Source: a virus (taxonomy: Duplodnaviria; Caudoviricetes). Taken from it: a stretch of 43,793 nucleotides of DNA. The stretch covers positions 1-43,793 of the IMG/VR virus record IMGVR_UViG_3300037445_000034, one strand, 5' to 3'. Numbering within the stretch: the first letter of the stretch is position 1; every line of letters begins with the position of its first letter. Shown here piece by piece: positions 27,142-36,445 of the stretch. The notes beneath the pieces were generated by a model. It was not told the origin of the DNA. It saw nothing but the letters and a program-made list of their open reading frames with translations, and made no database searches. Position numbers and translations under genes: made by a program.

Positions 27142-27606
27142 ATGTCTGATCAGGGCGCATCGTTCGACATGTCTGCGGTTGCGGTGCCAGCCTTCGGGCT
27201 GACGCCGAGCGACCACACGAGCTTGCTGCTGCCGCTGTCGATCGGCGACCTCGGCACGGCGCGCTACGTCTCGCTGACGCCGAGCGACGGCTCGCAGCTG
27301 AACGTCGATCCCGAGCTGGCGCGTTTCACGCCGATCGTCGCGGTCGTCGACGTGCGCCAGGGCGACTCGCCGATCGCGTACGCCGTCATCGGCTCGCTGT
27401 GGTGGCTCGTGTTCGACGGCACGAACCTGCCGTCGAGCAGCTCGCCCTCGAGCTCGACAGGGTTCTCGCCGTTCATGCGCGAGCACTCGACGATCGCGAA
27501 GCTCGACTCGAACCGCTACTCGATCTCCGTCATCCCGAACGGGGGATGGTGGCGCAGCAACATCCGGCTAGAATTCATCTCGGGGCAGATTCTGCCCCCG
27601 CCTTGA
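27142..27606 (+). CDS. hypothetical virion protein
   Basis: GAGG RBS; ends in YSISVIPNGGWW. Confidence 0.6.
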   Translation: MSDQGASFDMSAVAVPAFGLTPSDHTSLLLPLSIGDLGTARYVSLTPSDGSQLNVDPELARFTPIVAVVDVRQGDSPIAYAVIGSLWWLVFDGTNLPSSSSPSSSTGFSPFMREHSTIAKLDSNRYSISVIPNGGWWRSNIRLEFISGQILPPP

Positions 27607-27632
27607 GCCTCACGGCGCCGAACGACACGAAC

Positions 27633-28067
27633 ATGCCCACGTTCTACCTCCCACCGAAGCCGCCGCTTCGACCGCGACAGCCCGACCCGAACGACGTCGC
27701 GGGCGCCGACGTCGCGTTCGGCAGCGGCATGACCATCGAGGCGGGCGACTGGAAGCTCGTCACCAAGGACGCCGCGGCGATCCAGAGCGTGCGGCGCGAG
27801 ACCGTCGCGGGCGTCGGCGCGCTGTCGTCGCGTCCCGAGTGGGGCGCGGGCGCGACCGATGCGGTGTTCCGCGGCATCACGCGCAGCGCGTCGGATGCCC
27901 TGCTGTCGCGCACGCGCGATCGCGCCCGCAAGAACCCGCGCGTCGGCAAGATCATCGACGTGCGGCTGCAGCGCATGACGGGCATCGACGGCAGCGCGTT
28001 GATCGTCGAGTTCGTTCCAGTCGGTACGACGAAGGCCGTGCCGACGGTGATCGGCCCCCGGAGGTAG
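27633..28067 (+). CDS. baseplate wedge protein (gp25 / gpW-like)
   Basis: GDWKLV...QSVRR...RPEWGAG...NPRV pattern; precedes J. Confidence 0.75.
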   Translation: MPTFYLPPKPPLRPRQPDPNDVAGADVAFGSGMTIEAGDWKLVTKDAAAIQSVRRETVAGVGALSSRPEWGAGATDAVFRGITRSASDALLSRTRDRARKNPRVGKIIDVRLQRMTGIDGSALIVEFVPVGTTKAVPTVIGPRR

Positions 28068-28071
28068 AAGC

Positions 28072-29157
28072 ATGGCGACCGGAGCACCTAGCACCGCTGA
28101 CATCTACGATGTGGGGCTCGCAGCTCTGCAGGGGCGCCAGCCCGCGCTCGTCGTGCGCGATGGCGACGTCACCGACGCGTACCTCGCGGGCGGCGCGGCG
28201 ATGGCCGCGATGGTGATCGGCAGCGCCGCCCAGGGCTTCCGCGGCACGCTCGTGCTCGGCGGCAAGGGTGCTGCGCTGACGCTGACGTGCCACGACCGCG
28301 GCGTCGATCGCGACACGGGCGACTTCGCGGTGGGCGCCGTGTCGCTGACGCGCCCGGCAGCGGGCAACGCGGGCACGTTCCTGAAGGGCACGCGCTTCTC
28401 CACCGATCCGTCGCCGGTCGACGGGTCGATCGCCATTTTCACGCTCGACGCTGACCTGCCGTTCCTCGCGGGCGACCTGACGAAGACGGCGAGCGCGACG
28501 TGCACGGTGATCGGCAAGGTCGGCAACGTCGACGCCGCGGCGATCACGCGCATCATGGACACGCCGGCGTTCTCGTCGGCGTTCGTCGTGACGAACTCGC
28601 TGCGCTTCGCGGGCGGCGCCGAGGCGGAATCCGACCCGGACCTGCAGACGCGCACGACGCAGTTCCCGCTCGTGCTTCGTCGCGGCACCACCGACGCGCT
28701 GGAGTACGCGGCGAAGCTCGCTGCGGGCGTGCGGCGCGCGACGGTCGTCGTCGCCGGCCCGAACATGGTGCTGATCTACATCAGCGACGCAGACGGCAAC
28801 TCGAACCCGACGCTCGCCGCGAAGGCGCAGGCGATCGTCGACGGTCCGCCAGCGTGGCGTGGCGCGAGCGACATCGTGACGGTGATCGGCGCGTCGCTGT
28901 TCTCGCAGAACCTGCAGCTCGACGTCGAGCTGAAGGCGGGCGCGGACCCGAACACGGTGCTGCCGCAGATCACCGCGGCCGTGACCGCGTACATGGGTCG
29001 GCTCGTGCCCGGTGAGAAGTTCGTGCGCGAGAACGCGTCGGCCGCGGGCAAGGCGGCGAACCAGGCCGCCATCGTGTCGGTCAAGGTCGCCTTCCCGCCC
29101 GCCGACATCGTTCCGCTCCCCAGCCAGATCATCAAGGCGGGAACGATCTCGTACTAG
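28072..29157 (+). CDS. baseplate J-like protein
   Basis: GKVGNVDAAAI...VTN...GGAEAESDPDLQTR...GTTDALEYA. Confidence 0.9.
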   Translation: MATGAPSTADIYDVGLAALQGRQPALVVRDGDVTDAYLAGGAAMAAMVIGSAAQGFRGTLVLGGKGAALTLTCHDRGVDRDTGDFAVGAVSLTRPAAGNAGTFLKGTRFSTDPSPVDGSIAIFTLDADLPFLAGDLTKTASATCTVIGKVGNVDAAAITRIMDTPAFSSAFVVTNSLRFAGGAEAESDPDLQTRTTQFPLVLRRGTTDALEYAAKLAAGVRRATVVVAGPNMVLIYISDADGNSNPTLAAKAQAIVDGPPAWRGASDIVTVIGASLFSQNLQLDVELKAGADPNTVLPQITAAVTAYMGRLVPGEKFVRENASAAGKAANQAAIVSVKVAFPPADIVPLPSQIIKAGTISY

Positions 29158-29158
29158 C

Positions 29159-29179
29159 GTCGCAGCGAGCTCGAGCGAC
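29159..29179. repeat. GTCGC-N11-GCGAC dyad copy
   Basis: GTCGC agcgagctcga GCGAC-AC, 1 nt after the J stop codon. Confidence 0.7.
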
Positions 29180-29192
29180 ACCAACCAACACC

Positions 29193-29759
29193 ATGCCCAC
29201 GTTCACGGTACCCGGCGACGTCGTCGAAGATCTGGTGAAGATCTTCCGCGGCGTCGTGCCGCAAGATGTCGGCTCGCCCGACCGCAGCGACAACAGCGAC
29301 GACGTGTACGCGCTCGCCGAGATGATGGCGATCGGCGAGTGCGTCTCGAAGAACTGGCAGCGCATGGCGCGTGTCACGTACGCGGACGGCGTCTACCTCG
29401 AGCTCCAGGCCGCACAGGTCGGTCTCTTCAAGCAAGCCGGCGAAGGCGACCCGAGCTTGCGACAGCGCATCCGCACGCCGCCGTTCGCCGTCACGCCCGA
29501 CCTGATCTTGACGGCGCTGCAGTCGATCGTCGACGCAGCGGGCGGCGGAACGGTCTATCTCGTCGAGCTGCCGCGCGACGGGTTCCGATGGTCGCGAAAA
29601 CAGTGCTGGTCTCGCGGCTGGCGGTGGGCGAGCATCAATCATGGTATCGTCATCGCGCTGATCCCGGCGTCGCGCGCTGCGGTGCAAGGGGCGGTCGCTG
29701 ACGCCCTTCGAGCGAAGGTCCTCGCCGGCAAAACCTCGATGGTGCAGCTCTACCAATGA
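29193..29759 (+). CDS. baseplate I-like protein
   Basis: ADGVYLELQA...GEGDPSLRQRI pattern after J. Confidence 0.65.
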   Translation: MPTFTVPGDVVEDLVKIFRGVVPQDVGSPDRSDNSDDVYALAEMMAIGECVSKNWQRMARVTYADGVYLELQAAQVGLFKQAGEGDPSLRQRIRTPPFAVTPDLILTALQSIVDAAGGGTVYLVELPRDGFRWSRKQCWSRGWRWASINHGIVIALIPASRAAVQGAVADALRAKVLAGKTSMVQLYQ

Positions 29760-31513
29760 TCACCGACAACTTTCGTCAGCAGCTGATCGACGACGGCACC
29801 GAGGCCACGCTCGAACAGGTCAACAACGCGCAGCGCTTCCTCGGCGCGAGGCTGCTCGATCAGGTGCTCGGGCAGCTGATCATCGGCCAGAACACCGGCA
29901 GCCCCGCGCAGTTCGATCCCGAGTTCCCCGGGCAGCGCGGCATCGACCCGCCGCTCTCGCCGTACGCGTACTGCCTGACGCCGGGCGGCGCGTACTTGCG
30001 TCAGGGCAGCGCGAACAACAAGGTCCAGATCGCGCCCGGCACGCTTCTGCAGCGCATCACGAACCCTCGGCCGCCGACGTCGAGCGGCGCGGGCGGGCCC
30101 GGCATCGGCGGGCCCGGCATGGATGGGCTCGAAGAGACGCTGCTCGCGTTCACGTTCGACGGCACGACCGAGCTGGCGATCGCGAACGGCGACGCGACGA
30201 ACCCGCGCGTCGACATCGTCCAGATGCAGCTCTCGTTCGTCGAGGGCGACCTGCTCGCGCAGACGTACGACAACGCGACGCCGCCCGCTGTGCTGCTGAT
30301 CTCGCAGGGCGCGAACACCACGCGTCGCGTGCAGTGCGCGCTATCGGTGAAGCAGGGCACGCCCGCTGCGGCCCCGGCGTATCCCGACCCCGATGCGGGC
30401 TGCGTCGTCGTCGCCGGCATCGTCGTCGGCGCGACGTACAGCGCGGCCGCGGGCTTCAAGTTCTATGACACCGCGGGGGCGGTCGCAGTGCTGCACGATC
30501 AGCGCGTGCCGCTCTGCGTTCGTGGTCGCACCGTCGCGCCGCGCTCGATGGAGTACGTGAAGTGTCACGTCGAGTCGCGCAACATCCCGGCGAGCGCAGC
30601 GGTCGCTACGGTGAACGCGTCGGTGCCCGAAGCGACGCTGAACACCGCGGGCAACGCGTGGAGCTTCGGCACCGCGACGGCGCCCGCGCGCCTGATCTAC
30701 CCGATCCCGCTGAAGCTCGGGGATCGCATCACGGGGTACCGCGTCGACATCCAGAAGGCGTCGGCGACCGGCACGATCAGCGCGCAGCTGTACAAGTTCA
30801 ACGGCGTGACGCACGTCGAGACGCCGCTCGGCGCCGGCAGTAGCAACGGCTCGGCGTCGCCGGGCGCGATCACGCTCACCGAGAGCGGACTGTCGATCGA
30901 CTCGACGCTGAACCAGGAAACGTTCTTCCTCGCGGTTCAGGGCGGCGGCACGACCGGCGACGGCGCATACGGCGCCGAGGTCACCGTCGTGACGCAGGCC
31001 GGGTTCACGGGCGCGGGCTTCGACGACAGCGCGTCGAGCGCGGGCCCCGACGGCGCGGTGCTGGTCGCGATCAACGCGGGCTCGCTGCTTCGCGTGCCGT
31101 GCCCCGACGGTCAGATCGGCCGCGTCATCGCGGTGGGCTTGACGTCGAAGGGCATCGGCATCTCCGCCGATGCGTACGTCGGGCAGAAGTCGTTCGACGC
31201 AAGCGGCAACGAGACGATCGACAACTCGATCGACGCGAACCAGCTCGCCGACGTCAGCGGCAACGGGTTCAAAAAGCGCACACTCGCGCTCGATGGCGCG
31301 CTTACGCAGCACCACCCGACGGCGGGACCGACGGTGCATTCGAGCGCGACGTGGGGCATCAGCGTGCCGCTGTGGACGTCGGGCATGCGCGTGCCGTACG
31401 AGGAAGCGAGGGTCGAGGGCGCGTCGCTGTACAAGGGCGCGATCGTCAGCCTGATCTGCCCCTCGGGCGCGCTCGTCGGGCCTGCGACCTGGTACATCGC
31501 GGAGGGCCTGTGA
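29756..31513 (+). CDS. tail fibre / baseplate-attached protein
   Basis: DATNPRVDIV...VKQGTPAAAPAYP N-terminal fibre motif; beta-rich C-terminus. Confidence 0.7.
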   Translation: MITDNFRQQLIDDGTEATLEQVNNAQRFLGARLLDQVLGQLIIGQNTGSPAQFDPEFPGQRGIDPPLSPYAYCLTPGGAYLRQGSANNKVQIAPGTLLQRITNPRPPTSSGAGGPGIGGPGMDGLEETLLAFTFDGTTELAIANGDATNPRVDIVQMQLSFVEGDLLAQTYDNATPPAVLLISQGANTTRRVQCALSVKQGTPAAAPAYPDPDAGCVVVAGIVVGATYSAAAGFKFYDTAGAVAVLHDQRVPLCVRGRTVAPRSMEYVKCHVESRNIPASAAVATVNASVPEATLNTAGNAWSFGTATAPARLIYPIPLKLGDRITGYRVDIQKASATGTISAQLYKFNGVTHVETPLGAGSSNGSASPGAITLTESGLSIDSTLNQETFFLAVQGGGTTGDGAYGAEVTVVTQAGFTGAGFDDSASSAGPDGAVLVAINAGSLLRVPCPDGQIGRVIAVGLTSKGIGISADAYVGQKSFDASGNETIDNSIDANQLADVSGNGFKKRTLALDGALTQHHPTAGPTVHSSATWGISVPLWTSGMRVPYEEARVEGASLYKGAIVSLICPSGALVGPATWYIAEGL

Positions 31514-31881
31514 GCCGCATCGTCGTCGCGCAGATGATGCCCATCGACGCGAAGCGCGTACGGTGGGACCGACTCATCCCTGCCGCGCTGAAGCCGACGA
31601 CGAAGCCCGGCGACGGCGGTAAGGTCGACCCGGCGAACTTCATCACGCGCACGATGCACGCGCGCTTGCCGTGGATGACGGACGAGCAGCTCGTCGAGGT
31701 GCGCGCGCACTTGGTGTCGCGTAGGACCGACGCGACGGGAATCCTGGTGAAGCACGCATCGGACATCGACGCGTGGATCGCCATGGTCGACGACGAGTCC
31801 CGTGTGCGTCGCATCGCACGCAAGGCAACGCTCGTCGAGCTGATCGACTCGTTCACGTTCACGTCACCGGAGGGCAAATGA
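31510..31881 (+). CDS. hypothetical protein
   Basis: GGAGG RBS; GTGA and ATGA coupling. Confidence 0.6.
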   Translation: MSRIVVAQMMPIDAKRVRWDRLIPAALKPTTKPGDGGKVDPANFITRTMHARLPWMTDEQLVEVRAHLVSRRTDATGILVKHASDIDAWIAMVDDESRVRRIARKATLVELIDSFTFTSPEGK

Positions 31882-32315
31882 GCAAGTCCGACTCGTGGGA
31901 GAACGCGCTTCTCCTGCTTCTGTTCCAGAACACCAACGCCGCGAACATCGGTGATGCGACGGGCTTGCGCGGCTCGTCGACGGCCGGCTCGCTCTTCTTC
32001 TCCCTGCACACGTCCGACCCGGGCGAGGCGGGCTCGCAGACGACGAACGAGACTAGCTATACGAGCTATGGTCGCGTTGGCGTCGCGCGCAGCTCGAGCG
32101 GCTTCGACGTCGCCGGCAGCGTCGCGAACCCGCACGCGGCTGTCACGTTCCCGGCCGGCACGGGTGGCTCGGGCACGATCACGTTCGGCGGCATCGGCAC
32201 TGCCACGTCAGGCGCGGGTGTGCTCTTGTACTCGGGCGCCGTCTCGCCGAACTTCAGCGTCGGCAGCGGCGTGACGCCGTCACTCACGACGGCGTCGACG
32301 ATCACCGAGGACTAG
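31878..32315 (+). CDS. virion structural protein (fibre-associated)
   Basis: ENALLLLLF...SLHTSDPGEAGSQTTNE...Y.RV.V, a motif common in phage tail regions. Confidence 0.7.
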   Translation: MSKSDSWENALLLLLFQNTNAANIGDATGLRGSSTAGSLFFSLHTSDPGEAGSQTTNETSYTSYGRVGVARSSSGFDVAGSVANPHAAVTFPAGTGGSGTITFGGIGTATSGAGVLLYSGAVSPNFSVGSGVTPSLTTASTITED

Positions 32316-32318
32316 CAA

Positions 32319-32693
32319 ATGCCGCGCGGGCCGTTCACGTACACGATCGACTGGAAGTCGGGCGAGCAGCTCGACGTCGTCGCAGAGGTGCCGATCGGGG
32401 CCGTCCCGATCCACGTGCGCATCTTCCCGGCCGAGCCGGCGATCATGCTCGCGCGGCACACGACCGGCGACGACCACATCATCAAGATCGTGTACGACGT
32501 GCTCGACACCGCGCTGCCTCGTCGCCCGCGCCGCATCTTCGGCGTCAGCCACGAGAACGCCTTCGGCGGCGAGGCGGTCGACCTCGCGCGCTGTATCGGC
32601 GGCTTCGTTCACCCCGGCGCGCCGAATCGCGGCGGCGGCGTCGGGTGGCTGCTGTACGAGCTCGACATGGACCGCGCGCTACCGCCGAGCTGA
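32319..32693 (+). CDS. hypothetical protein
   Basis: 124-aa ORF, tightly packed. Confidence 0.6.
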   Translation: MPRGPFTYTIDWKSGEQLDVVAEVPIGAVPIHVRIFPAEPAIMLARHTTGDDHIIKIVYDVLDTALPRRPRRIFGVSHENAFGGEAVDLARCIGGFVHPGAPNRGGGVGWLLYELDMDRALPPS

Positions 32694-32705
32694 TTGACCC
32701 CCTAG

Positions 32706-33062
32706 ATGCCCGGACTGATCTACGCAGACCGTGTTCAGGAGACGACGACCACGACGGGCACCGGCACGGTGACTCTCGCGGGCGCGGTCGCGGACTATCG
32801 CACCTTCTCTGCGGTCTGCGTCGACAAACAGGTCGTGTACTACGTCATCGACGACGGCGCGGGCAACTGGGAGGTTGGTGTCGGCACGTTCACGTCGTCG
32901 GGCACGACGCTGTCGCGCGACCGCGTGCTCGCGTCGTCGAATGCTGGCGCGCTCGTCAACTTCGCAGCTGGCACGAAGAACGTCTGGCTCGATCAACCCG
33001 CGTCGACGGTCGCTGACATCGCGATGGTTGCCGCGTTCGCAATGAGGATGGTGCCGCAATGA
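32706..33062 (+). CDS. virion fibre attachment-like protein
   Basis: ADRVQETTTTTGTGTVTL...WEVGVGT...LSR...SSN...VNFAAGTK, recognised as a common phage fibre N-terminal module, here stand-alone. Confidence 0.7.
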   Translation: MPGLIYADRVQETTTTTGTGTVTLAGAVADYRTFSAVCVDKQVVYYVIDDGAGNWEVGVGTFTSSGTTLSRDRVLASSNAGALVNFAAGTKNVWLDQPASTVADIAMVAAFAMRMVPQ

Positions 33063-33511
33063 GCGCAAACGTACAGCCGCAATTCTGCGCGGTCGCCAAC
33101 ATCAGCTCGGTGCTGTTCGGCGGCGCCGCGCTGACCACGAGCGACGGTTCGAGCGGCACCGTCGGCACGAACATCTTCCTCGCGTTCACGCCGGGCGCGA
33201 ACGGTTCGTACATCGAAGTCATCCGCATCATGGCGGTTGCGTCGGCCGCGGCGACGGCAACGGCTGCGACGACGGTTCGCATCTACATCTCGACGGTCAA
33301 CACCGGCTCGACGACGACGAGCAACACGTGGTTGTTCAACGAGCTCGCGCTGCCGGCGATCACGGCCGATCAGACGACGACGGCGACGAACTTCTACGAT
33401 GTGCCGTGCGGCTTCCGCATCGGGTCGGCGAACTACATCCTGATCAGCTCGCACATCGTCAACAACGCGAACACGTCGCTGCGCGCAACCACCTTCGGCG
33501 GCGACTACTAG
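33059..33511 (+). CDS. hypothetical virion protein
   Basis: 150 aa, beta-rich, ends GGDY; ATGA coupling. Confidence 0.7.
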   Translation: MSANVQPQFCAVANISSVLFGGAALTTSDGSSGTVGTNIFLAFTPGANGSYIEVIRIMAVASAAATATAATTVRIYISTVNTGSTTTSNTWLFNELALPAITADQTTTATNFYDVPCGFRIGSANYILISSHIVNNANTSLRATTFGGDY

Positions 33512-33519
33512 GAGCGGCG

Positions 33520-34482
33520 GTGTTCGGCTCGCCGTGGTTCAATCCGCGAGCTGGCGGCCAGGAGTTCTTCCCGGCGATCGCTGGCGCTGCGGGGTGGCAG
33601 ACGTGGCAGCGACCTCGAGGTGCCACGATGCTCGTCATGCTCGCCGTCGGAGGCGGCGCGAGCGGTGGCGGCGGCGTGTCCGGTGGCGCGGGAACGATCG
33701 CGGGCGGCGGCGGTGGGGGCGGCGGCGGCGCTGTCGCTCGACTGATGATCCCGGCGCGGTTTCTTCCGACGGTGTTCTACATGAACGCCGGGCTCGGCGG
33801 CGCATCGGCCGCGGCTGGCGGTGCGGGCAACGGCGGCGCGCGGTCGATCGTCTCGGCGCAGCCGGGCTCGACGGCAGCGGCAGATCTGATCTTGATCTCG
33901 GGCACGGCCGCGGCGACGGGCGGTGGCGCGGGCACGACGTCGGCGGGCGGCGCGGGCGCTGCGGAGACGATTGCGACGCGCGCGCAGTCGGCGTTCGCGA
34001 TGACGGGGCTATGGCAAGCGGTCGCGGGGCAAGCGGGGCAAGCGGGCGCGATCAACGCGACGACAGCGACCGCGGTGCCGTTCGGCGGAAGCGGCACGGT
34101 GCTGCCGGCGATCACCGGGGGCAGCGGTGGCGGCGGATCGAACGCGACGACGGGCAACGGCGCGGGCGGCAACATCACCGGCGCCGGCTTGATGAAGACG
34201 GTCGCGGGCGGCGCTGCAGGTGGCGGCAAGGGCAATCCCGGGTACGGTGCTGGCGCGCTGCTCGGGCCGGGCTCGTTCGTCGCCGACTGGCCCCAGCAGT
34301 TCTTCGCGTTCACAGGCGGCACGGGCGGCGGTGGCAAAGCGAGCGGCACCGCGGGCGCCGGAGGTCAAGGCGCGTGGGGTTGTGGCGGTGGCGGTGGCGG
34401 TGGTGCGGGCGGAACGAGCGGCGGCACGGGCGGCGCGAGCGGCCCGGGTGGCTCGGGCTTCATCTACGTGTGCTGGTGGTAG
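33520..34482 (+). CDS. glycine-rich protein, paralogue 1
   Basis: AGGAG RBS plus GTG; WQTWQRPRGATML..GGG...IPARFLP...FAFTGG...GFIYVCWW. Confidence 0.8.
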   Translation: MFGSPWFNPRAGGQEFFPAIAGAAGWQTWQRPRGATMLVMLAVGGGASGGGGVSGGAGTIAGGGGGGGGGAVARLMIPARFLPTVFYMNAGLGGASAAAGGAGNGGARSIVSAQPGSTAAADLILISGTAAATGGGAGTTSAGGAGAAETIATRAQSAFAMTGLWQAVAGQAGQAGAINATTATAVPFGGSGTVLPAITGGSGGGGSNATTGNGAGGNITGAGLMKTVAGGAAGGGKGNPGYGAGALLGPGSFVADWPQQFFAFTGGTGGGGKASGTAGAGGQGAWGCGGGGGGGAGGTSGGTGGASGPGGSGFIYVCWW

Positions 34483-34486
34483 CGAT

Positions 34487-35464
34487 ATGCACTTCCCGTC
34501 AGGAACACCCAGCCTCAATCCGCGATTCACACAGCAAGTGTGGATGGTCGGGAACAGCACAGGGCAAGGCACGAACTTTCAGCCGCTGACGCTGCCGCGG
34601 AACATCTCGATGGTCTACATGCTGTGCGTCGGCGCGGGCGGCGGCGGCGGCGGCGGACGCACGTCGGCGACCGGCGTTGCTGCAGGCGGCGGCGGCGGCG
34701 GCGGCTCGGGCGCTTCGTCGGGGCTGCTGATCCCCGCGCGCTTTCTTCCGCGGACGATCTATCTCGAAGCGACGGTCGGCGGCTTGGGTGCGAGCGCGGG
34801 CAACGGTGGAACCGTGGGGCCGCTGTCGTCGATCTCGTCGGACAACACGACCGGGCAACAGTTCTTGATCACACAGAGCGGCGCGTCGACGGCGGGCGGC
34901 GGCGGCGCGGGAACGAACGCTGCGGGCGGCGCTGCGGGCGCGGCGAGCGGCATCAACATCGGCGGCAACGGCTCGTTTATGACGCTCGGGGTGATGATCG
35001 CTGTCGCTGGCCAAGCGGGCAGCGCGGGCGGCGCGACGACGGGCGCGGCGGTCACGAACGTGACGTACGGCGGCTCGGGTGTCGCGGTGTCTGGCGGCGC
35101 GGGTGGCGGCGGCTCGAACACGTCGACGACGCAGGCCGCAGGCGGCGACGTGGCCGGCGCGGGTCTCATTCCGACGGCGAAGGGCGGCGCGTCGCCGGGC
35201 GGCGCGGGCAGCGCGGGCTTCCAGGTGAACGCGCAGCTCTTCGGCAGCGCGGGCCTACAGTGCGGCGACTTTCCGTGGCAGCTGTTCGCGTTCACGGGCG
35301 GCGGTGGCGGCGGCGCCGTCGCGAGCGGCACCGCGGGCAAGGGCGGGCAGGGCGGCGTCGGTTCGGGTGGCGGTGGCGGTGGCGGTGCGGGCGGCACGAG
35401 CGGCGGAACCGGAGGTCGCGGCGCCGATGGCGGACCGGGCTTCATCTACGTTGCGTGTTGGTGA
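34487..35464 (+). CDS. glycine-rich protein, paralogue 2
   Basis: MHFPSG..NPR...PRNISMVYM..GGG...IPARFLP...FAFTGG...GFIYVACW. Confidence 0.8.
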   Translation: MHFPSGTPSLNPRFTQQVWMVGNSTGQGTNFQPLTLPRNISMVYMLCVGAGGGGGGGRTSATGVAAGGGGGGGSGASSGLLIPARFLPRTIYLEATVGGLGASAGNGGTVGPLSSISSDNTTGQQFLITQSGASTAGGGGAGTNAAGGAAGAASGINIGGNGSFMTLGVMIAVAGQAGSAGGATTGAAVTNVTYGGSGVAVSGGAGGGGSNTSTTQAAGGDVAGAGLIPTAKGGASPGGAGSAGFQVNAQLFGSAGLQCGDFPWQLFAFTGGGGGGAVASGTAGKGGQGGVGSGGGGGGGAGGTSGGTGGRGADGGPGFIYVACW

Positions 35465-35473
35465 GAGCGAGCG

Positions 35474-36442
35474 ATGCACTTCGGCACATCCAACTTCAAT
35501 CCGCGAGGCGCTCGCCACTACTGGTGGCCGGGCAACTCCGTCGCGGGCTCGACCGCCTGGCAGCCGTTCACCATCCCGCGAAACGCGTCGATGATGTTCA
35601 TCTTCACGCTCGGCGGCGGAGGCGGCGGAGGCGGCGGCGCGACGAGCGGCGCGGGCGTCGTCGCGGACGGTGGCGGCGGCGGCGGCGGCGGCACGTTCGC
35701 AGCGATGGTGATCCCCGTGCGATTTCTTCCGCGCACTCTCTACCTGTCCGCGGGCGCGGGCGGCGCGGGCGGCGCAGCTGGCGCTACGGGTGTGACGGGC
35801 GGAAGCGGACAAGACTCGTTCGTGTCGGCCGAGCCGAGCTCGGCGGCGACGCAGGACCTCGTGTTTCACAGCGGCAACGCTGGCGGCGGTGGCGGCGGTG
35901 GTTCGTCGGCCGCGGCCGGCACGGCCGGCGGTGGCGGTGTCGTCGGCGGCACGTCGATCTTTGCGCAGTGGTCACTGTTCTACAACACACTCGGCGGGCC
36001 CAGCGGCGCAGCTGGCGGCGCAGCGGGTGCGGCTGGCGCTGCGACCGCGACGTGGGGAACCGGCGCGGTGCCGACGATGGGCGGCTCGGGCGGTGGCAGC
36101 TCGAACGCCACGACGACGAACGGTGCGGGTGGCGACGTCACGGCAGGCGGCTTCGTCGCGACGATCCCGGGCGGCGCGGTCGGAGCGAACGGGAACCCCG
36201 GGCTCGGCGTCGGCACGTTGTTCACGTCGGGGATGCACTATGCCGACTTCCCGATGAAGGTGTTCGCGTTCACGGGCGGATCGGGCGGTGGTGGCAAGGC
36301 GAGCGGGCAAGCTGGAAGCGGCGGCTGCGGCGCGTGGGGCTGCGGCGGGGGTGGCGGTGGCGGGGGTGGCGGGACGTCTGGCGGCACGGGTGGCCGAGGC
36401 GGCGACGGCGGTCCTGGCTTCATCTACATGAGTTGGTGGTGA
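35474..36442 (+). CDS. glycine-rich protein, paralogue 3
   Basis: MHFG..NPR...PRNASMMFI..GGG...IPVRFLP...FAFTGG...GFIYMSWW. Confidence 0.8.
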   Translation: MHFGTSNFNPRGARHYWWPGNSVAGSTAWQPFTIPRNASMMFIFTLGGGGGGGGGATSGAGVVADGGGGGGGGTFAAMVIPVRFLPRTLYLSAGAGGAGGAAGATGVTGGSGQDSFVSAEPSSAATQDLVFHSGNAGGGGGGGSSAAAGTAGGGGVVGGTSIFAQWSLFYNTLGGPSGAAGGAAGAAGAATATWGTGAVPTMGGSGGGSSNATTTNGAGGDVTAGGFVATIPGGAVGANGNPGLGVGTLFTSGMHYADFPMKVFAFTGGSGGGGKASGQAGSGGCGAWGCGGGGGGGGGGTSGGTGGRGGDGGPGFIYMSWW

Positions 36443-36445
36443 AGG

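Noticed and set aside
30090-30122. Short tandem duplication encoding GGPGI-GGPGM in the fibre gene
   Set aside because: Two-copy in-frame linker duplication with no sign of phase variation.
33520-36442. DGR or invertible tail-fibre system among the Gly-rich paralogues
   Set aside because: Differences between the copies are not adenine-specific. I saw no near-identical template repeat, and there is no reverse transcriptase or invertase in the window.
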